Shown here: positions 58,593-64,000 of the stretch, one piece after another
How positions within the stretch are numbered: the stretch's first letter is position 1
Layout of the letters: the number at the start of each line of letters is the position of its first letter
IMG/VR virus record: IMGVR_UViG_3300024259_002152
Span: 124,001 to 188,000 of that record
Reading direction: 5' to 3' (one strand)
DNA: 64,000 nucleotides
The notes under the pieces: generated by a model
Told to the model about the DNA's origin: nothing
Databases searched by the model: none
Seen by the model: only the letters and a program-made list of their open reading frames with translations
Translations under genes and position numbers: made by a program

Positions 58593-60144
58593 AAAATATC
58601 ATATCAAAAATGATGAATTATCTAAAAATGTTGTTATAATATGTTGCCCATGGTTGTTTCAAAATCAGGTAGAATTTAAGTCTCAGAATTTGGGTCTTGC
58701 TTATGTCGGTAATTTTATAAAAGAATGTGGACATAATATTCTCAAATATATAGATCCGATGATGTTTGGTGGAGAAGATGTTAAACAGAAGATAGAATGT
58801 AACAATTATAATATATATAGATTTGGTCATGGCGATGAATGGATTATCGATAAAATTCCAGATAATGTTGATTATATTTTTATTAATGCTCCATTTACAG
58901 ATTCTCGTTTAGCTTTATATCCTCTATGTAATAAAATTAAAAAAGTTATGCCTCATATCAGAATAGTAATAGGTGGCATATTGGCAACTTCATCTCCTCT
59001 AGAAGTTATAAGGAATTGTGGCATTGATATTGTCGTCAAAGGGGAGGGAGAAATAGCTTCTGCCAGGATATTAAGAGAAGATAATTTATCAGAAATACCA
59101 GGTATAGCATATAAGATAGGAATAGACGTAGTTGAAAATGACGGGCTGGCAGAAAAAGTTTATGATATAAATTGTCTTCCTGGTTTATCTGATGTATCGT
59201 TTATCCCTATAGGGGAATATATTAAATGGTCTCCCAGGGGCAACAGGGCGGATATTACATTGTCCTATATTACTTCTAGAGGGTGTCCTTTTAGTTGTAA
59301 TTTTTGTTCTGTTCCGACAAATAAGCAAGCGTTAAGAGAGCTTGATACCGATAGGGTTATTCATGAAATAGATTTTTTTATTGATGAATATAAAATAAAT
59401 CATTTGGAAATAGAGGATGATAATTTTACATTTAATCATGATCATTCTCGTCCTATTGTAAACCATATAGCCGAATTAAGAGAAAATGGTGTTGATATAT
59501 CTTTATCATTTCCTAATGGGGTCATGATTTATTCTTTGGATAAAGATGATATATTGGGGTTTAAGAAAGCTGGGGTTGAAATTGTTTATTTGCCAGTTGA
59601 ATCTGGTGATATTAAAAATTTGATACTCATGAATAAACCTTATGCTTTTGAGCATCTGGATAAATCGTTAGAAGTGGCTAGATGGTGTAAGGAAGTGGGC
59701 ATAGAATCAGGGGCATTTTTTATTATAGGTTATCCAGGTGGAAGAGTTAAGAGTTTTAAATATAGGGATTTTATTTTAAGTCACTATAAAAATGACATAA
59801 TTGATTATAATGATGATTCTTTATTGGTTATGGGGGAGGATCAAAAATCGTTTGAAAAAACTTTTCAATTTATGAAAAAGATAAAGGCTCAGGGAGTTTC
59901 ATTTATAACTCCTTTAATTGCAACTCCCTATCCTTCCACGAATTTGTATAATGTATGTAGTGAAAATTCTTGGTTTAGACATGAGGATGATATAAATCGT
60001 ATAGTAACTATTTCTTATCAAGATTTAAAAGAAGAATTCATTAATATCTCAACCCCATGGTGCTCAAATTCCGATATATATGATAGATGGCAGATGGTTA
60101 GAGATAATTTTGATATTAAAAACAATGTCATAAAAGAAAAATAA
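58576..60144 (+). CDS. cobalamin-binding radical SAM enzyme
   Basis: LGLAY, GG, GEGE, TSRGCPFSCNFC and EDDNF motifs. Confidence 0.9.
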   Translation: MNQLIKKYHIKNDELSKNVVIICCPWLFQNQVEFKSQNLGLAYVGNFIKECGHNILKYIDPMMFGGEDVKQKIECNNYNIYRFGHGDEWIIDKIPDNVDYIFINAPFTDSRLALYPLCNKIKKVMPHIRIVIGGILATSSPLEVIRNCGIDIVVKGEGEIASARILREDNLSEIPGIAYKIGIDVVENDGLAEKVYDINCLPGLSDVSFIPIGEYIKWSPRGNRADITLSYITSRGCPFSCNFCSVPTNKQALRELDTDRVIHEIDFFIDEYKINHLEIEDDNFTFNHDHSRPIVNHIAELRENGVDISLSFPNGVMIYSLDKDDILGFKKAGVEIVYLPVESGDIKNLILMNKPYAFEHLDKSLEVARWCKEVGIESGAFFIIGYPGGRVKSFKYRDFILSHYKNDIIDYNDDSLLVMGEDQKSFEKTFQFMKKIKAQGVSFITPLIATPYPSTNLYNVCSENSWFRHEDDINRIVTISYQDLKEEFINISTPWCSNSDIYDRWQMVRDNFDIKNNVIKEK

Positions 60145-60172
60145 ATTAACATATTTTGTGAAGGTCATGAAC

Positions 60173-61159
60173 ATGAATACAAAAGTTATTGCTGAGATCG
60201 GTGTTAATCATAATGGAGATTATGAGTTATCTAGAAAAATGCTTAAATCAGCCAGTGAGAGCGGTGCTAATATCGTTAAATTTCAAACCCACATAGCAGA
60301 TAAAGAAATGATAGGTGATATAGGAAAATATGCCACTATATTTCCTACCATTTACGATCATATAGATAATTTGAGTTTATCTTTTGATGAAATGAAAAAT
60401 CTCAAAACTTACTCGGATGAATTAGGAGTAGAATTTTTATCAACTCCGTTTAGCGTAGAGGCTGTAGATTGGTTAGAGGATATAGGGGTTAATGCTTATA
60501 AGATAGGATCTGGAGAAACTGATGATTTTCTTTTATTAGAAAGAATATGTAGAACTGGTAAACTTATTCTTATATCTACAGGTATGAGTTCTATGGAAGA
60601 AGTAAATAAAATGGTACATTTTTTAAATAGTATGAATGCTAATTTTATTTTAATGCAATGTACTTCTCATTATCCTGCTTCTTATGATGTTATTAATTTG
60701 AAGGTTCTTGATGTGTATAGAAAAGAATTTAATTGTAATGTAGGGTTGTCTGATCATAGTCCTAGTATTTATACCTCATTAGCTGCTGTTGCTATGGGCG
60801 CAATCGTTGTGGAAAAACACTTTACCATAGATAAAAGTTTACCTGGCACAGATCAAGAAGGATCTATTTTACCAAACGAATTAAAAGAGATGGTGAAAGC
60901 CATAAAAATAGTAGAAGAATGTATGGGCGATGGAAATAAAAATTCCGTTATTATTGATGAAAATGTTATGAAATTATTTAAACATGGAATAGTCGCTAAA
61001 AAGGATTTGGCTAAAGGGGATGTGATAGGAGTAGAGGATATAGCAAGTAAAAGGCCTTTAGTTGGAATTCCTTCATGTGAATATCAGAATGTGATAGGAA
61101 AGAGTATTAAAAATAGTATTCTAAGAGATAGTCCAATTTTATTCGAAGATATATCATAG
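60173..61159 (+). CDS. NeuB family synthase #3 with SAF domain
   Basis: IAEIGVNHNG, STPF, KIGSGE, SDHS, EKHFT and C-terminal KRP motifs; start could instead be 60158 or 60167. Confidence 0.92.
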   Translation: MNTKVIAEIGVNHNGDYELSRKMLKSASESGANIVKFQTHIADKEMIGDIGKYATIFPTIYDHIDNLSLSFDEMKNLKTYSDELGVEFLSTPFSVEAVDWLEDIGVNAYKIGSGETDDFLLLERICRTGKLILISTGMSSMEEVNKMVHFLNSMNANFILMQCTSHYPASYDVINLKVLDVYRKEFNCNVGLSDHSPSIYTSLAAVAMGAIVVEKHFTIDKSLPGTDQEGSILPNELKEMVKAIKIVEECMGDGNKNSVIIDENVMKLFKHGIVAKKDLAKGDVIGVEDIASKRPLVGIPSCEYQNVIGKSIKNSILRDSPILFEDIS

Positions 61160-61170
61160 GAAGGTTTGGA

Positions 61171-62115
61171 ATGGATGATTATTATTCTACATTTGATGAT
61201 AAAAGAATAACTCATATCATTGATATGATTAGAAAGATCCAGAAAATTGACACGGTAAATTTCACTGAATTAGATTTAACGAAATACAAAAAAGACATAT
61301 CGTATTTATATCCTATACATAATTTTTACAGGTTTATATACCCCATACTTCTAAGAAATAAAATGGAAGATATTGGCATAGGTGATAAAATAAAAGATCC
61401 AGTTGAGAAAATTTATGGTGAGGGGCGAGAATTTAGTATTTTTGAGTCTCATCATATAAATTTAGATACGGGTTTCTTTATTAATCAATTTATTAAGGAT
61501 AATAATGTTAAAACTATTTTAAACTGCGGCACGGGTTCGGGATCTAGCGTAGCGTATGCTCAGATGGGATTGAAAGATGTTCATGTTACAACGATTGATC
61601 ATATGCAAGAATTTTCTAGGATATCTAAATTTATAATAGATATTTTAAGAGATATTGGATTTCCTTTGGGCGATGATATTAATTATATAGATGTTGATTT
61701 ATGTGAGTTAAAAGATACAGATTGTCAACATGGGTATGAATCTTTTTTATTCACAAATAGATTTAGAAAAGTTTATAAAAAACATCATTCCCTTATATCT
61801 TATGATATAAATTTTGAAAATAAATTCGATATGATAATACTTGACGGTCCGTCGTTTTTTAGATTTCCTACTTTATTGAAAGCTGTTAATTTTTTGAATA
61901 ACGATGGTTATATTCTATTTGAATATTGCAGACAAGAAATAAGAATAATAAAAAAACTTAAGATAAATATATTGGAAGAAAAAGGGAGAAGTATGGATAA
62001 ATCAATAAAGATTAGGTCGAAGGGTGACGAGTTGGTTAGAGCTTTTACTGTTATCAGGGGAGAAGATTTTAAAAAGGTTATAGAACCATTCATAAAGGTG
62101 CGAAATGATATTTAA
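61171..62115 (+). CDS. putative class I SAM methyltransferase
   Basis: ILNCGTGSGS and IILDGP motifs. Confidence 0.65.
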   Translation: MDDYYSTFDDKRITHIIDMIRKIQKIDTVNFTELDLTKYKKDISYLYPIHNFYRFIYPILLRNKMEDIGIGDKIKDPVEKIYGEGREFSIFESHHINLDTGFFINQFIKDNNVKTILNCGTGSGSSVAYAQMGLKDVHVTTIDHMQEFSRISKFIIDILRDIGFPLGDDINYIDVDLCELKDTDCQHGYESFLFTNRFRKVYKKHHSLISYDINFENKFDMIILDGPSFFRFPTLLKAVNFLNNDGYILFEYCRQEIRIIKKLKINILEEKGRSMDKSIKIRSKGDELVRAFTVIRGEDFKKVIEPFIKVRNDI

Positions 62116-63238
62116 AAAAATATGTTATATTACTTCCAGCCGTTCTGATTATGCTAAAGTAAAAAATCTTCTAAAACAAATAAACGAGGACGATGAGTTT
62201 GAGCTGTACATAATAGCCACTAGCGCTCAAATTAAACAAAGATTTGGAGATGGTGTTCAAGAATTAATTGATGATGGTTTAACAATACATAAAAGAGTTG
62301 ATTGTATGGTTGAGGGAGACAATAGGCTTGCAATGTTAAAATCATCAGCCATGGAAATATATGAATTAACGAATATTATAGATGAATTAAAACCTGATCT
62401 TGGCCTAGTAGTTGGAGATCGTTTTGATATGTTGACTTCTGTATATGTTCTTTCTATGATGAATATACCAATTGCCCATATACAGGGGGGAGAAAAAACA
62501 GGAACGATAGATGATGTTATAAGGGATGTTATGACCAAATTTGCTCATATCCATTTTGTTTCAAATGAAGATGCTAGGCAAAGAGTTGAGTCTTTATCGG
62601 AAGATAGACAATACATTTATAATGTCGGTTGTCCTAGCTTTGATTATATAAAAAGTTTAGATATACCTGACGATATTGATTATAATATTTTATTGCCTTT
62701 TTGTAAAGACGATATTGATATTAGTAAAAAAGATGATTATTTTATTGTAATCGTACACCCAAACGTGGCGATAGAAGAAGATATAGATATGAAAATAATC
62801 TTAGATGCATTAGATAATTTTGAGAATAAAAAAGCTATTTTTTATCCAAATACAGATCCATTTCATCAAAAGATTATTAATGCTATTAATAGAAAACACG
62901 ATTATATGAAATTTAAACATATCTCTATGGAATGTTTTATGATGTTACTTAAACATTGCAAATGTATGATTGGTAATTCAAGTAGTGGTATCCGAGAAAC
63001 GTGTTTTTTTGGTGTTCCAACAGTTAATATAGGTAGAAGGCAAGAAGGTAGACTGAGTGGAAAGAATGTAGTTAATGTTAAATGCTCTGAGGACGACATC
63101 GTTAGTGGAATAAAATCAGTTTATAATAAAACTTTTGAGCCAGAATATCTTTATGGTAATGGGGCTTCAAGTGATAAGATTGTGGATATTTTGAAATCTT
63201 ATGATAATTTTGAATATAAAAATATATGTATTAAATAA
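62105..63238 (+). CDS. neuC: hydrolysing UDP-GlcNAc 2-epimerase
   Basis: SRSDY, GDRFD, HIQGGE, GNSSSG and RQEGR motifs. Confidence 0.9.
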   Translation: MIFKKICYITSSRSDYAKVKNLLKQINEDDEFELYIIATSAQIKQRFGDGVQELIDDGLTIHKRVDCMVEGDNRLAMLKSSAMEIYELTNIIDELKPDLGLVVGDRFDMLTSVYVLSMMNIPIAHIQGGEKTGTIDDVIRDVMTKFAHIHFVSNEDARQRVESLSEDRQYIYNVGCPSFDYIKSLDIPDDIDYNILLPFCKDDIDISKKDDYFIVIVHPNVAIEEDIDMKIILDALDNFENKKAIFYPNTDPFHQKIINAINRKHDYMKFKHISMECFMMLLKHCKCMIGNSSSGIRETCFFGVPTVNIGRRQEGRLSGKNVVNVKCSEDDIVSGIKSVYNKTFEPEYLYGNGASSDKIVDILKSYDNFEYKNICIK

Positions 63239-63901
63239 ATGAAAACACTGGCAATATATTTAAATGTTAGAAAAAATAGTTCTAGATGCAAAAATAAACT
63301 TCTTAAATTTTTTGCAGGAACATGTTTGTTCGATATCGCCTTAAAGAAGCTAGAACAAGTGAGGTCGGATGAAAAATTTGTTTGTGCTTATGATAGAGAG
63401 TTTTTTGAATATCAACATAATTCTTCTATTAAACATTATGTTAGAAGTAAAGAATCTGTATCTATTGATGGGCCATTAACAAAAGTATTTGAATGTTATA
63501 ATTCTTTTCAGTCTGACTATGTTATGTTTCTCAATCCTTCTCATGCCCATTTAAGAGTAGATACGATACAATCTGCTGTAGATTTTTTTAAAGCATCTAA
63601 TTATGAGTCCATGACATCTGTAGAAAAGATTAATGACTGGATATTTGATAATGATGGGAAGTTATTATATCCTTCTGATTTGGCCCATGGAGATACTAAA
63701 AGAACAGATCCTTCATATAGGGCTGCACATGCTTTTCATATATATAGTAGAAAAAGATTTATAGATAATAATGGATTGATATGGCCATGGCTGAAAAATG
63801 ATCCTCATTTATTTGAAATATCAAAGATAGAATCTTTGGATGTTGATGATGAGGTTGATTTTAAAATTAGTGAGTCTGTATACCTAGCGCATCTCGATTA
63901 A
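63239..63901 (+). CDS. cytidylyltransferase (NeuA-like) #3, divergent
   Basis: RKNSSRCKNK, NPS and SLDVDD motifs. Confidence 0.75.
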   Translation: MKTLAIYLNVRKNSSRCKNKLLKFFAGTCLFDIALKKLEQVRSDEKFVCAYDREFFEYQHNSSIKHYVRSKESVSIDGPLTKVFECYNSFQSDYVMFLNPSHAHLRVDTIQSAVDFFKASNYESMTSVEKINDWIFDNDGKLLYPSDLAHGDTKRTDPSYRAAHAFHIYSRKRFIDNNGLIWPWLKNDPHLFEISKIESLDVDDEVDFKISESVYLAHLD

Positions 63902-64000
63902 GATTCCAAAACTGATCTTGTTGATATGAGTATATTTTTATATCTTTGTTTATTAAATATACCAAAATTAATTTAAGAAATTTTCTGCTTCTATTTGTTT

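Noticed and set aside
419-63099. Minus-strand and alternative-frame ORFs in the track
   Set aside because: They overlap well-supported + strand genes, have no recognisable motifs, and show the F/I/L/S-rich composition of antisense shadows
27474-63901. Ordinary bacterial O-antigen or capsule locus
   Set aside because: No flippase, polymerase, chain-length regulator, ABC transporter or initiating transferase was seen, and the flanking genes are phage-like; not fully excluded without the rest of the contig
1-64000. Stop-codon reassignment as seen in some large phages
   Set aside because: TAA, TAG and TGA all end full-length recognisable genes, and coding density is high in the standard code
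63968-64000. Possible 3' end of a convergent minus-strand gene (...KQIEAENFLN*)
   Set aside because: Only 10 codons are visible, so it cannot be supported
1-64000. tRNA, rRNA or structured ncRNA genes
   Set aside because: Intergenic gaps are short and AT-rich, and I saw no cloverleaf or T-loop signature; tRNAscan-SE or Infernal would be needed to be certain

Overview
AT-rich, gene-dense 64 kb in which every credible gene lies on the + strand, in the standard genetic code (all three stop codons end real genes). The content fits a large (jumbo/huge) bacteriophage genome rather than a cellular chromosome; this is inference, and no capsid or terminase gene is in the window. Region 1-27.4 kb is a mosaic of small accessory genes: SpoVS, a Gp157/Gam-like protein, a nuclease-like gene beside a Dam-like methylase, an intein-containing UvrD/PcrA helicase, CYTH, acyl carrier protein, DUF3326, a DUF4116 repeat protein, OGFr, an Apyc1-like MBL hydrolase, NADAR, two free-standing homing endonucleases, two DUF1257 genes, peptide deformylase and AmrS. 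Region 27.5-63.9 kb is one block of about 45 glycan-synthesis genes (about 23 glycosyltransferase-like, 8 SAM methyltransferases, gmd/fcl, NeuB/NeuC/NeuA-type genes) with no visible flippase, polymerase or exporter. The most striking unexplained signal is a C-terminal heptapeptide, R-F-E-I-L-D-L-stop, shared by eight otherwise unrelated proteins. It is conserved at protein level despite synonymous codon changes, which points to a possibly undescribed C-terminal docking or targeting system. All family calls come from motif recognition by eye; no searches were run.
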